A stretch of DNA of 61,766 bases from an uncultured Alphaproteobacteria bacterium (lineage in GTDB: Bacteria; Pseudomonadota; Alphaproteobacteria; RF32; CAG-239): positions 1 to 61,766 of the forward strand of contig CALXUO010000005.1 of the NCBI GenBank assembly GCA_944391695.1. The letters are read 5' to 3'. How positions within the stretch are numbered: position 1 is the first letter of the stretch; every line of letters begins with the position of its first letter. A program made the translations under genes and the position numbers. A model generated the notes under the pieces. It ran no database searches and was not told the DNA's origin. It saw only the letters and a program-made list of their open reading frames with translations. Of the stretch, positions 28,620 through 39,105 are shown piece by piece.

Positions 28620-30701
28620 TTATTTTCCTTTTATCTCAAACACCAAAACACTCCAAGCCGGAACTTTGATAACTTTCGATGATCTTATGTTTGACAATTC
28701 CGCAAACTGTCCTGACGAATCCAGCAGCAAGTTCCAAGATAATTTATTGCTTAGTGACGGCAGCTTCCAATCAATTTCATGATAGTTGGCATTAAATATC
28801 GCCATTATAAATCCTTGCGCGTCTTTTATCAAATATGACAGACTATGACGGCTGCCGTCATGCCAATCAGATTCTATAAATTCTTTGCCTTGCTCGGTAT
28901 ACCATGCAATGTCTTTACAGCCTTGTACATCAACCATCTGTCCGGTAAAAAATTTAGTGCGGTTGAAAATCTTTAGTTTTTTGCGCAGACGGATAAGCTT
29001 GCGCACAAAAGATATAAGCTGTCTTTGTTTGGCATTGATGCCTTCCCAGGTTATCCATGTAATTGCATTGTCTTGACAATATGGATTGTTATTGCCCATT
29101 TGGCTGCGGGCAAACTCATCGCCAAAAACCATCATCGGTGTACCAAATGACAACATTAATGTCGCAAGCATCGCTCTAGTGCGGTACATGCGATTCTTTT
29201 CCACAACCTTATTATCACTTTCGCCCTCGGCTCCGGAATTCCAGCTCCAATTGGCATCACTACCGTCGCGATTGTCCTCACCATTGGCAGAATTGTGTTT
29301 ATGATTGTAGCTTACCAAATCATGCAACGTAAAGCCATCGTGCGCCGTAATAAAGTTAATACTTGAGGAGATTGTCCGATTGTCGTGATTAAAAATATCG
29401 CTTGAGCCGGTTAACCTTGATGCCAGCTCGGCAATCTGAAATTCGTCGCCTTTCCAAAAGCGCCTGATATTATCTCGATATTTATCGTTCCATTCCGCCC
29501 ATCCGGGCAAAAATGCCCCCAATTGATACCCCCCCATGCCTATATCCCAAGGCTCGGCAATAAGTTTTACTCTTTGCAAAACTTCATCTTGCGCAACTGC
29601 ATACAAAAAACCGCTGGTTTGCTTAAAATTGCCATTGGTACGACACAATGTGGTTGCCAAATCAAAACGAAAACCATCAACGTGCATTTCTTTGACCCAA
29701 TAGCGCAGAGAATCCATAACCAACCGCAACACCATCGGATGCTGCAAATTAAACCCAGCCCCACAACCGGTTGTGTCATTATAATACCGCCTGTCGTCCT
29801 GATTTAAGGTGTAGTATGATAAATTGTCTATGCCTCTATAACATAATGTCGGCCCAAGATGGTTGCCCTCGCCGGTATGGTTATAGACCACATCTAAAAT
29901 CACCTCTATACCCTTGGCGTGCATTTTTTTTACCAAGTCTTTTATCTCGTTAATATCTCCTTTGGATAAATATGACTGCTCGGGGGCAAAAAAACTAAAA
30001 CTCTCATATCCCCAATAATTATCTATGATATAGCCACGTTTGTGGCGATTGCTAAAAAAAGCATGTATCGGCAAAAATTCAACCGTGGTTATACCTAGAT
30101 GTTTTAGATAGTTTAGCGTCGAATCATCTCCAAAGCCGGCAAATGTTCCCCTTTCAGAATCATTCAAAAACGGATTTAGCTTGGTGGCTCCGCGCAGATG
30201 TGTTTCATAAATAATGCTTGAACTCAGAGAATAGCCCAACGAAACATCTTTTTCCCAATCATAATTGTCATCAACCACCACCGATTTGGGTACATATGGC
30301 GCCGAATCAAGCTCAGAGAAAGATAGGTCTTTATCTGCACTGTCAATGTCGTACCCAAAAATCGCCTTATTCCAAATTAGTGTACCTACAAGCTTTTTAC
30401 CATACGGATCTATCAATAATTTGTTGGGATTAAACCGATACCCTTGTGCCGGATCATAACGCCCGTAAACCCTATAACCATAGACCAATCCGGGTTTGGC
30501 TCCTTCAAGGTAGATGTGCCAAATGTTGTTGTCATTTTCTCTAATTACATAGCGCTCTTCTTCTTGTGAGCCACTGTCATTGAAAATGCACAACTCCACT
30601 TTGCTCGCATGGGCCGAAAACAACGCAAAATTTACCCCTTTACCATCGCAATTCGAACCCAAAGGAAACGCTCTTCCGGAATTTGATTTGAAACGGGACA
30701 T
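28620..30701 (-). CDS. glgX: Glycogen debranching enzyme
   Basis: GVNFALFSAHA, NPNKLLIDPY, NYWGY, DVVYNHTGEG, DGFRFDLA, AEPWD, TAHDGFTL. Confidence 0.96.
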   Translation of the reverse strand: MSRFKSNSGRAFPLGSNCDGKGVNFALFSAHASKVELCIFNDSGSQEEERYVIRENDNNIWHIYLEGAKPGLVYGYRVYGRYDPAQGYRFNPNKLLIDPYGKKLVGTLIWNKAIFGYDIDSADKDLSFSELDSAPYVPKSVVVDDNYDWEKDVSLGYSLSSSIIYETHLRGATKLNPFLNDSERGTFAGFGDDSTLNYLKHLGITTVEFLPIHAFFSNRHKRGYIIDNYWGYESFSFFAPEQSYLSKGDINEIKDLVKKMHAKGIEVILDVVYNHTGEGNHLGPTLCYRGIDNLSYYTLNQDDRRYYNDTTGCGAGFNLQHPMVLRLVMDSLRYWVKEMHVDGFRFDLATTLCRTNGNFKQTSGFLYAVAQDEVLQRVKLIAEPWDIGMGGYQLGAFLPGWAEWNDKYRDNIRRFWKGDEFQIAELASRLTGSSDIFNHDNRTISSSINFITAHDGFTLHDLVSYNHKHNSANGEDNRDGSDANWSWNSGAEGESDNKVVEKNRMYRTRAMLATLMLSFGTPMMVFGDEFARSQMGNNNPYCQDNAITWITWEGINAKQRQLISFVRKLIRLRKKLKIFNRTKFFTGQMVDVQGCKDIAWYTEQGKEFIESDWHDGSRHSLSYLIKDAQGFIMAIFNANYHEIDWKLPSLSNKLSWNLLLDSSGQFAELSNIRSSKVIKVPAWSVLVFEIKGK

Positions 30702-30710
30702 CTATTCTCC

Positions 30711-32909
30711 TTAGCGTACTGGTTTTATGACAATTGTCGACAACGGCGGCAAACGCAATGAAATTGAATATGGCTTATAGTTGCATTCTTCAGCTTTGGC
30801 CTCCATAAATTCTTCATTCTTAACCCCGCTTCCCCAGTAGTTTACATCATCACTGTTAAAAATTTCTTGATATTGGCAATCTTCAGGAACACCTATACGG
30901 TAACCTTCTCTTACTACTGGAGTAAAATTGCATATCACAATTAGATAATCTCCGGGATTATAGCCTTTGCGCATGTATGAAATTACGCTGTCATCAGCAT
31001 TAGAGTGATCAATCCACTCAAACCCGCGATAGTCAAAATCCTGTTGATAAAAAGGAGCATTGCCTTTGTACATCAAATTTAAGTCTCTGACACAGTTTTG
31101 AAGGCCTTTATACATCGGATAGTCAAGCAAAAACCACCTTAGCCCCTCTTCCGAATTCCACTCGTAATCTTGGCCAAACTCACATCCCATGAACAACAGT
31201 TTTTTGCCCGGGTGCGTATACATAAAACCATAATAAGCTCTCAAGTTGGCAAACTTTTGCCATTCATCGCCCGGCATTTTAGACAACATTGAACCCTTGC
31301 CATGAACAACCTCATCATGTGAAATCGGCAACACAAAGTTTTCGTTAAATGCATATAGCAAACCAAAGGTCAACATGCCATGATGATATTTGCGATGAAC
31401 CGGCTCGTGCGAAATATAGCGCAGAGTGTCATTCATCCACCCCATGTTCCATTTGTAGCCAAATCCAAGTCCCCCCATTGATGTCGGGCGCGACACCATC
31501 GGCCATGCGGTCGACTCTTCGGCAAAGGTCATGGCACCATCTGTTTGCGAGTATGCAAGCTCATTCATCCGCCGCAGAAAAGCTATGGCTTCAATATTCT
31601 CATTGCCACCATATTGATTGGGAATCCACTCGCCGTTTTTGCGCGAATAGTCCAAATATAGCATTGAGGCAACAGCATCAACCCTAAGACCATCAATATG
31701 ATATTCTTTAAGCCAATACAAAGCACTGGCACACAAGAAATTGGCAACCTCTGCACGACCGTAATTATATATTTTGGTTCCCCAATCGGTGTGTTCTCCT
31801 TTGCGCGGATCGGCATGCTCATAAAGATGTGTTCCATCAAACTCATTAAGCCCATGACCGTCTTTGGGGAAATGCGCCGGAACCCAATCCATAATCACTC
31901 CAATACCCGCCTGATGAAATTTATCAATCAAATAACGAAAATCATCCGGCGTACCAAAACGTGAGGTGGGAGCAAACATCCCTATAACCTGATAGCCCCA
32001 AGAGCTGTCAAGCGGGTGCTCGGCAACAGGCAAAAACTCAACATGAGTAAACCCCATGTTGACAACATAGGGAATAAGATGATCCGCAAGTTCGCGATAG
32101 GTCAAATATTCGTTGCCTTCTTTGCGGCGCCATGATCCTAAATGCACTTCATAAATCGACATCGGTTTGTCAAAAGAATTATGCTCCGAGCGATAATTCA
32201 TCCACTCGGCATCGTTCCATAAATAGTGATTTATATCATAAACAATTGATGCTGTGTTGGGCCTTTTTTCAGCATAAAAAGCTACCGGATCGGCTTTAAG
32301 GAAAATATCATTGTTTTGTGTCTTAATCTCATATTTATACAGCTCTCCTTCGCCAATGCCGGGGATAAAAATATCCCACACACCGCAAGAAGGATGTTTG
32401 CGCATAACATTAACTCTACCATCCCAATTATTAAAGGCCCCAACAACACTTACTCTCTTGGCATTGGGTGCCCAAACCGCAAAACTTACACCTTTAACCC
32501 CGTCCATTTCACGAACGTGCGCGCCAAGTTTTTTGTACATTTCAAGATGATTTCCTTCAGCCAAAAGATAAACATCCATATCTCCTAATGTGGGTAGAAA
32601 ACGATATGGATCCTCTGCGATATAGTTGTGATCCTGATCATTGGTTATGCGAAATTTATAATCAAAATTATCGGTTGTTCCAAGCTCAATTTGATAGAAA
32701 CCACGCTCATCAAGCTTGCTCATCTGACCAAGTGATTTGCCTTCTTTGTTCAAGACCTCTATTGATTTTGAATGGGGTTGATAGGTGCGGATAAATACCT
32801 CTTTGGATCCTTTGTTTTTGTGAATTCCCAGAACCGCAAAAACATTGCCGTGATCGCCGTTGATAACAGCTTCCATCTCTTCTTTTGATAATAAATTCTG
32901 CATGAACAT
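30711..32909 (-). CDS. glgB: 1,4-alpha-glucan branching enzyme
   Basis: FAVWAPNA, IYEVHLGSW, SWGYQ, DWVPAHFP, DGLRVDAVASM, KWNMGWM, SHDEVVHGK. Confidence 0.97.
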   Translation of the reverse strand: MFMQNLLSKEEMEAVINGDHGNVFAVLGIHKNKGSKEVFIRTYQPHSKSIEVLNKEGKSLGQMSKLDERGFYQIELGTTDNFDYKFRITNDQDHNYIAEDPYRFLPTLGDMDVYLLAEGNHLEMYKKLGAHVREMDGVKGVSFAVWAPNAKRVSVVGAFNNWDGRVNVMRKHPSCGVWDIFIPGIGEGELYKYEIKTQNNDIFLKADPVAFYAEKRPNTASIVYDINHYLWNDAEWMNYRSEHNSFDKPMSIYEVHLGSWRRKEGNEYLTYRELADHLIPYVVNMGFTHVEFLPVAEHPLDSSWGYQVIGMFAPTSRFGTPDDFRYLIDKFHQAGIGVIMDWVPAHFPKDGHGLNEFDGTHLYEHADPRKGEHTDWGTKIYNYGRAEVANFLCASALYWLKEYHIDGLRVDAVASMLYLDYSRKNGEWIPNQYGGNENIEAIAFLRRMNELAYSQTDGAMTFAEESTAWPMVSRPTSMGGLGFGYKWNMGWMNDTLRYISHEPVHRKYHHGMLTFGLLYAFNENFVLPISHDEVVHGKGSMLSKMPGDEWQKFANLRAYYGFMYTHPGKKLLFMGCEFGQDYEWNSEEGLRWFLLDYPMYKGLQNCVRDLNLMYKGNAPFYQQDFDYRGFEWIDHSNADDSVISYMRKGYNPGDYLIVICNFTPVVREGYRIGVPEDCQYQEIFNSDDVNYWGSGVKNEEFMEAKAEECNYKPYSISLRLPPLSTIVIKPVR

Positions 32910-33171
32910 TTCCTTAAATTTAACAACATAATTAACAGGGTTTTGACACTACAAAAACCCCCTATAAGATATCTATAATTTCTAATCTATTTAAATGCAA
33001 GCCTTAATTAAAAAAACACATCTTTTTTATATAAAAATTTATGTCAATTTGACCCTATAATCTTTTCCCGTTTTGATTTTTTTTGACAATATTTCCGATT
33101 AAGTATTGACGGATAAATTTTTGTATGTATATTAAATAATGTTTATTGAATTTTATTTGGAGTTAGTGATT

Positions 33172-33393
33172 ATGGTAAATAACGAACAAGCTATCAGAGA
33201 AGCTGCTTATTATATCTGGCAAAATGCCGGTTGCCCGTCTGGTCAGGATGAGTATTTCTGGTCAATGGCTGTTGAGCAGATCTCTAAGAATTGCAACAAG
33301 TCTTCTTGTGCTAAAAAGTCGTCTTCTTCTAAGACTTCTTCTTGTGCTAAAAAGCCTTGTGCTAAAAAATCTTCTGTTAAAAAATCGAAGTAA
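33172..33393 (+). CDS. DUF2934-domain protein with a basic Ser/Lys/Cys-rich tail
   Basis: EQAIREAAYYIWQNAGCPSGQDEYFWSMA matches the DUF2934 pattern; GGAG precedes the ATG at 33172. Confidence 0.8.
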   Translation: MVNNEQAIREAAYYIWQNAGCPSGQDEYFWSMAVEQISKNCNKSSCAKKSSSSKTSSCAKKPCAKKSSVKKSK

Positions 33394-33414
33394 GTTAAAC
33401 TGATTTAGAAGTAG

Positions 33415-33442
33415 AAAATCTCCGCTCTTTAGCGGAGATTTT
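33415..33442. terminator. Intrinsic terminator overlapping the convergent gene end
   Basis: AAAATCTCCGCT-CTTT-AGCGGAGATTTT plus a T-run. Confidence 0.85.
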
Positions 33443-34583
33443 TTTTATTTTTTTGAGCCATAATTATATAACCTTTAATATCCTTCCCCCCTTCTGTCCT
33501 TAGAACTTTATCCTCGATTTTGAGCATGGCAAAATCATTGTTTTGCAGCACTTTTTTTACATAGCTTAAAGTATGTACAAAACGCGACGACGGCGTTAGA
33601 AAAAACTCTTTTTGATTAAGGCTATTTTGGGAAATACTAAAGGCAAAAATCCCTTCGTTATTTAGCGATTTTTTGACTAAGTTTATAATAGAATCCAGCG
33701 CACCAAAATAGGTCAAAACATCGGCGGCAACAATAATATCAAAGCCAAAATTTTCTTTGCTTAAAAAGCTGATTATATCGTCTTTTATCAATTGCTTGTA
33801 GATATTTTTTTTTGATGCTTCATGCACCATTTGGGCTGATAAATCAACTCCAAAAATATCGCCGCAAAATGATTTTGCCGCCAGATATTTTCCGCATAAT
33901 CCACTGCCGCACCCAAGGTCGAGAATCCGCATTTTTTTGGAATTTCCGACGGCTGAAAAATGTGCATCCAAAATATCGGCAATATCTTGTGGGCTTTGGT
34001 AATTTAAATCATGCAAAACAGTCTCAAAATCGGGGGCAAAAACATCAAAAAGACTCTCGACATATTTGGTCTCGGAACAGGTAAAATTCTTGTCATAAAA
34101 AAATGATTTATAGCACTGTTTGGCGATGCCGCTTTCGGGATATTTTTGATACCATTTTTTTAATAACGGCTTGATGAATTCACAGCCTTTTTCATCGGAT
34201 GTTTCATATATGGTATAGGCCAAATTAAGCTCTTGTTCCTTAGCTCCTTTACTTAGCTCAACAGCAAGAAAAGCCTCGTCTAGAGCCAAATCAAAAACAA
34301 AAGTTTTTTGATATGATTGCGCCAAATAATTATGCCACCACGGATTGGAAAAATCATCTTGGATTATGCTTAAAAAATATGGAATCGATGCAGTGAAATC
34401 TCCTGTCTCAAAATAGGCTGTGGCCAGATTGGCGCGAGCTGCAAAATGTTTGGAATCCGTCTTTAGAATCCGTTTATAAAGTTTGATTGCTTTATCATAT
34501 CTTTTTTGTTTGTAAAAATCATTGCCCCATTTTAGCAATACGGGTATTGCCGCGGTCTTAATTTTATACCAAAACTCAAACAT
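33429..34583 (-). CDS. TPR-containing SAM-dependent methyltransferase
   Basis: N-terminal TPR-like helices; YVESLFDVFAPDFE, ILDLGCGSGLCG, GVDLSAQM, AADVLTYFG. Confidence 0.87.
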   Translation of the reverse strand: MFEFWYKIKTAAIPVLLKWGNDFYKQKRYDKAIKLYKRILKTDSKHFAARANLATAYFETGDFTASIPYFLSIIQDDFSNPWWHNYLAQSYQKTFVFDLALDEAFLAVELSKGAKEQELNLAYTIYETSDEKGCEFIKPLLKKWYQKYPESGIAKQCYKSFFYDKNFTCSETKYVESLFDVFAPDFETVLHDLNYQSPQDIADILDAHFSAVGNSKKMRILDLGCGSGLCGKYLAAKSFCGDIFGVDLSAQMVHEASKKNIYKQLIKDDIISFLSKENFGFDIIVAADVLTYFGALDSIINLVKKSLNNEGIFAFSISQNSLNQKEFFLTPSSRFVHTLSYVKKVLQNNDFAMLKIEDKVLRTEGGKDIKGYIIMAQKNKKNLR

Positions 34584-35906
34584 CTATTCCTTCTTATCAA
34601 CTTGTAACCTAATTTCGACATCTTCAATACGTCGATCTTTTATCTGTGATATTTTAATTTGCAGATTTTGATATTGTAGTTTTATATTTTTCTTATTTTG
34701 CGGAATGTTTTTCATTAGTGAAAAAAGAAAACCGGAAAATGTGGTATAGCTACTTTGCGGAAATTTTATTTTGATGTTAGCAGCAACTTCTTTCATGCTT
34801 GCATAGCCTTTGATCTTCCATATATTATCACCAATTTTACTAACAGCTGGTTCATTTGGAGCAACTAAGTCGTCTTTTAGCTCACCAACCAGTTCTTCCA
34901 ACAAATCTTTCATGGTAACAATGCCCGAGATACTGCCATATTCATCAACTACAACCGCAAAATGTTTGCGTGTTTTTTGCATATTGATAAAAAGCTCGTC
35001 AAGGTGCAACGAATCTATGGTTATAAGAGATGGCTTAATAATTTTTTTGATTATGTCTTCTTTCGTTTCGTTTTTGAATTTAAAATAGTCTTTAATACTT
35101 ACTACACCTATTACATTGTCTTTGTTTTTTTGATAGACCGGATAAATCGAATGTCTGGTTTTTACTATAATATTTTCCCATTTTGCCTTAGTATCGGCAA
35201 GATTTAGGAATATGGTGTCAAGACGGTGTGTCATAACATCACGCACTCTTTTGTCGTCAAACTCAAATACATTGTTAATAAGCTTTTTTTCTATATCGTC
35301 TATCTCGCCGGTCTCACTACAAGCGTCAATCATGATACGGATTTCTTCCTTACTTACTTTATCGCTTTCTTGCGCCGGATTAATACCTATGGCTTTTAAG
35401 ACAATATTGGTTGAAACACTCAAAAACCAAACCAGAGGAGTTGATATTTTGGCAACGCCATATACCAACCATGATAGCGATAAGGCCACTTTTTCCGGAT
35501 TTTGCATGGCAATGCGTTTGGGAACAATTTCACCAAATATTAAGGTGAAATAAGACAAAATAAGTGTTATGCCAATTACCGCCAAAACATCTAACTTGGA
35601 GGAAGATATGGTTACACCAAGACCTACCAACCAATCAGCAATTTTATCCGAAAAATTATCGGCAGCAAATGCTGAGGCCAAGAATCCGGCCAAGGTAATA
35701 CCAACTTGAATAGTGGCCAAAAATTTAGCCGGTTGTTCCGTCAATGACAGCAAGCGAGCTGCCCTTTTATCTCCGGAAGATGACAGCTTTTTTAGTTTGT
35801 TGCCGTTGGCTGAAATGACCGCAATCTCGGAACAGGCAAAAACCGCATTGAGGAAAATCAAAAACACCTGAAACAACAACATCTCGGATATGCCGAACTC
35901 TGACAT
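34584..35906 (-). CDS. Hemolysin-family CNNM/CBS/CorC membrane protein
   Basis: LNAVFACSEIA, FLATIQVGITL, FGEIVPKRIA, CBS pair with VVDEYG...VTMKDLLEELVG. Confidence 0.92.
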   Translation of the reverse strand: MSEFGISEMLLFQVFLIFLNAVFACSEIAVISANGNKLKKLSSSGDKRAARLLSLTEQPAKFLATIQVGITLAGFLASAFAADNFSDKIADWLVGLGVTISSSKLDVLAVIGITLILSYFTLIFGEIVPKRIAMQNPEKVALSLSWLVYGVAKISTPLVWFLSVSTNIVLKAIGINPAQESDKVSKEEIRIMIDACSETGEIDDIEKKLINNVFEFDDKRVRDVMTHRLDTIFLNLADTKAKWENIIVKTRHSIYPVYQKNKDNVIGVVSIKDYFKFKNETKEDIIKKIIKPSLITIDSLHLDELFINMQKTRKHFAVVVDEYGSISGIVTMKDLLEELVGELKDDLVAPNEPAVSKIGDNIWKIKGYASMKEVAANIKIKFPQSSYTTFSGFLFSLMKNIPQNKKNIKLQYQNLQIKISQIKDRRIEDVEIRLQVDKKE

Positions 35907-36056
35907 ATAAAAACGCTCCTTTAAAAAAAAGACATATTTTTTGTAGGCTAGACTACAAATATTAAAATTAATTAAAAATCTTGCATTTTTTTAATATTTT
36001 AAGTAAAATAGCGAAAAATTTTATAATTATGTCTAACAATTTAAATATTATCACTT

Positions 36057-37094
36057 ATGAACAAAATCGGATTTTATGCCGGGTCTTTTGATCCGTTCAC
36101 CGTTGGACACTTGAGAATTGTCTTAGAGGCGTTGTGTAAGTATGACGAGGTGATTATCGGTGTGGGCGAAAATGCTTCCAAATCGGATTGTTTATTTGAG
36201 GCTGAAGAGCGTATTAAATTGATAGAACAGAGCACTTATGATTTTGTCAATTGGTATGCCGGTCGTTTTCTCTCTGATATACAACCATCCGAGACCGAAA
36301 AGATAGCTTTTGAGCGCTTGCAAAACGAGATAGATTGTATTTCGTTTGTACCTTACCAATCATCAACAGTTGATATAGCTTTGGCTTGTGGGGCGACAGC
36401 TTTAATTCGCGGCAAAAGAATCGGCTGTGATGACGAGGCAGAAATGCGTTTGGCAAGTATCAATCAACGGCTTTTGGCGGTTAGGAAAGCTCATCTTAGC
36501 ATGGATTGGATACCGCTGCCAAAAGAGGAGTTGACCTTTGTGTCCTCTTCGGCTTTCAAAGGACTTTGCGAAATATATGAGTATATTGCCGCAATGGATT
36601 TTGTGACGCCATCGGTTCACAATGCCGCAATGCAGAAGTATCTCAAAGATTGGTTCTTTGATGTTTATGCTTTTGTTGCCGAGCAAAAAGGTTTGGCTGA
36701 TGAAACGGTTGAAACCGAATGGGATAAATTGGTTGCTGCTTATGGAAATAGAAAATACCATAACTTTAGCCACCTGGCGTATGGTATAAATTTTATCCTA
36801 ATCAGCAAAGAAGCCCATCCCGATGATTTGGAAATTGAAAAATTTATTTTGGCTTGGTTTTATCATGATCTGATTATCAAGTGTAATAATGCAGAGGAAA
36901 AAACGGCAAAAAAGGTTTATTCCTTGTTCAAAGATGAAAAAATCGCAAACCTTGTAAGAGCAACAAATCATCAAGGGGACGCACCCAAAAACACCTTTGC
37001 CGAAATGCTTATCAGCGATATTGATTTGGCAATTTTGGCAGATGAGAAAAACTATTTTGGCTACAGACCGAGTATTAATCATGATGCCTGCTGA
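36057..37094 (+). CDS. coaD: Phosphopantetheine adenylyltransferase fused to an HD-superfamily phosphohydrolase-like domain (C-terminus probably degraded)
   Basis: YAGSFDPFTVGH, IRGKR and VSSS (CoaD), followed by YHNFSH, FYHD, ATNH and DIDLAIL (COG4339-like HD domain). Confidence 0.75.
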   Translation: MNKIGFYAGSFDPFTVGHLRIVLEALCKYDEVIIGVGENASKSDCLFEAEERIKLIEQSTYDFVNWYAGRFLSDIQPSETEKIAFERLQNEIDCISFVPYQSSTVDIALACGATALIRGKRIGCDDEAEMRLASINQRLLAVRKAHLSMDWIPLPKEELTFVSSSAFKGLCEIYEYIAAMDFVTPSVHNAAMQKYLKDWFFDVYAFVAEQKGLADETVETEWDKLVAAYGNRKYHNFSHLAYGINFILISKEAHPDDLEIEKFILAWFYHDLIIKCNNAEEKTAKKVYSLFKDEKIANLVRATNHQGDAPKNTFAEMLISDIDLAILADEKNYFGYRPSINHDAC

Positions 37095-37109
37095 CAAATA
37101 CCAATAAAT

Positions 37110-37974
37110 TTATTTAAAGTTATTTTTCAATTTGCAAACATTGCCGTCTAAATAACGTTGTGTTGGACAACTTTTTTCGCACAATCTTTCATTGTAATCC
37201 AAAAAAATATCTGCAATTTCATCACACTCATGGCAAATTCCTGCGCTATCCATCAGAGGCTTATCAGTCGGACAATTCGGAATACTCAAAATGTTACCTC
37301 CTATAGCATATAAAATCGTACGGTTAGGACACCAATCCTCACAATCATGCTCTATATTACAGTGTGTTGGTAAACGAATGGCTTTTTCTTCATCACAACT
37401 AAAACATTTCCCATCCCATCTTTGCAAAGGTTTATCTTCTGGACATTGTAACTCACAGTGCTTGACATTCAGATGCGGGTACTCTTTATAAACCCGATTA
37501 GGACATTTTGCACAATCTTCTTTGGAATAGTCGTAATTACGAGGTTCTTGACAAGAAAAACATTTTCCAGAATAGAGCAAAGGTTTATCATCCGGACATT
37601 TTCCGTCAATCGCTGATGGAGCGGTAAACCATTCTCCCTCCAGTATATTATCATTGTTTGTATTTTCTTTTTCATTATCTAAATCTTCGTTGGCATCGGC
37701 TAGTGAGCCATAACAACTGCCTGTCTTAGAGCGATACGGCTTGTTTTCTGGGCAAGAAATTAAAATACATCTGAGTGTTTTATCTAAAAAAATAATCGCC
37801 GAGGTTGCGGTTGGGGCAATATCTTTCACAATCATCCGCATGAGCTACTTTAAACGCATATGATGCATCACAAGAAATACACTGATTAAACTGAAACACA
37901 TCACAATCTATAGCTTTTGCCGATGTAGTGATTATGACTGTAAAAAAAGTTGTTACAAGAATTAAATTTTTCAT
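37110..37974 (-). pseudogene. Secreted Cys-rich repeat protein, frameshifted at a T7 tract
   Basis: GAGGG plus ATG at 37974; signal peptide MKNLILVTTFFTVIITTSAKA. Removing one T from the run at 37786-37792 joins this frame to ORF 37110..37841, which carries four CPx(D/N)KP...GxC repeats. Confidence 0.75.
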
Positions 37975-37996
37975 ATTTCCCTCAATAATCAATTTA

Positions 37997-38187
37997 CGCG
38001 GATAATCCTTGGTTATGCCTTGATTATGAAAGTTTTGAATGATTTGGTTTTCTCTTTGCTGACGAGCCAGTTGATAGGCCAGCTCATCTCGAAGAGAAAA
38101 ATTGCTATGATCAACTCCATAGCTATCTATACCGTTATCATTGGTTTGATACCCAAGCGGCGATTTATATTGTGAATACATCTGCAT
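37997..38187 (-). pseudogene. N-terminal gene fragment fused by deletion to the next gene's leader
   Basis: GGAGAA plus ATG at 38187 (MQMYSQYKSPLGYQ...QGITKDYP), then GCG-TAA in another frame, a spacer and the SD/ATG of the downstream gene. Confidence 0.5.
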
Positions 38188-38289
38188 TTTGTTTTCTCCC
38201 ATTATGTGTTAATGCAAAATTTGCTTTAACACTATATATGATTGAAAAAATATAGTCTGTCCCGCATAGCTTAAAGGCATCTAACTATA

Positions 38290-38748
38290 TCATGCAGAAG
38301 CTTTTTTAAATTCTCTGTTGTTGGCCTGAGCCAACTGATTGAGCTTATTTTGCAAATTGCTGTTTTTATATGGGATATCCACAGATTGAGCCTTATTTTT
38401 CAGAAAATACCTAACAAAATCACTTGCCGAAAGCTTTTGACCTCGTTTGTGCATCTCTATAAACTTAGCCTGTTGTACTTTCTTAAAATATTCTCTAAAC
38501 GGAGCATATTTTGCATCTTTTATTTCGGCTCTTCTTTGGGCTTCTAGCTTTCGGTCTTGAATAACCACCGCATCTATTGTTGTTGCATATATATCATACC
38601 ACTCTTCTTTGGCCTCTTTGAGCATTTCTCCTGCCCAAAAAATTATTTTTTGTTGTAATTCTTTATCAGAAAACAAGGTTTTGTTTTGTAAAATCAATCT
38701 ATCTAATTTGCGTAATGATTTTAGCGGTATCAACTCTTTATTGCTCAT
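38290..38748 (-). CDS. Hypothetical protein (152 aa, basic, helical)
   Basis: ORF with GGAG upstream; no recognisable motif. Confidence 0.65.
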   Translation of the reverse strand: MSNKELIPLKSLRKLDRLILQNKTLFSDKELQQKIIFWAGEMLKEAKEEWYDIYATTIDAVVIQDRKLEAQRRAEIKDAKYAPFREYFKKVQQAKFIEMHKRGQKLSASDFVRYFLKNKAQSVDIPYKNSNLQNKLNQLAQANNREFKKASA

Positions 38749-39105
38749 ATGGGCTCCTGTAAATAAAATTTATAATACTTTAGTTAGGTCATAAAACTTA
38801 AAAAAACAAGAGACTTAAAAATATTATTTCATGGGACTATTATGGGGCAGCTATTTTTAAAAATGGCAAAAAAAGAGAAGGAATAAAAATAAATCCATGT
38901 TACCTAATGCTTTGATTTTATTGTTCTTATATCATTGTTAATATCTTTTGCTATTATAACTGATTCGAAAGCCTAATAGAACACAGCAATAAAATAATCG
39001 GTGTATTATTAAATAGGTCATTTAAGAAACGACTTTTACTAAAAAATATAGAATTATGGTATCCATATGGTACCCAAAAAACAATGTTTACATTTTATAA
39101 AAAAT

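Noticed and set aside
26496-32909. glgB-glgX-malQ without glgC/glgA
   Set aside because: Split glycogen clusters are common, and the missing genes may lie outside the window.
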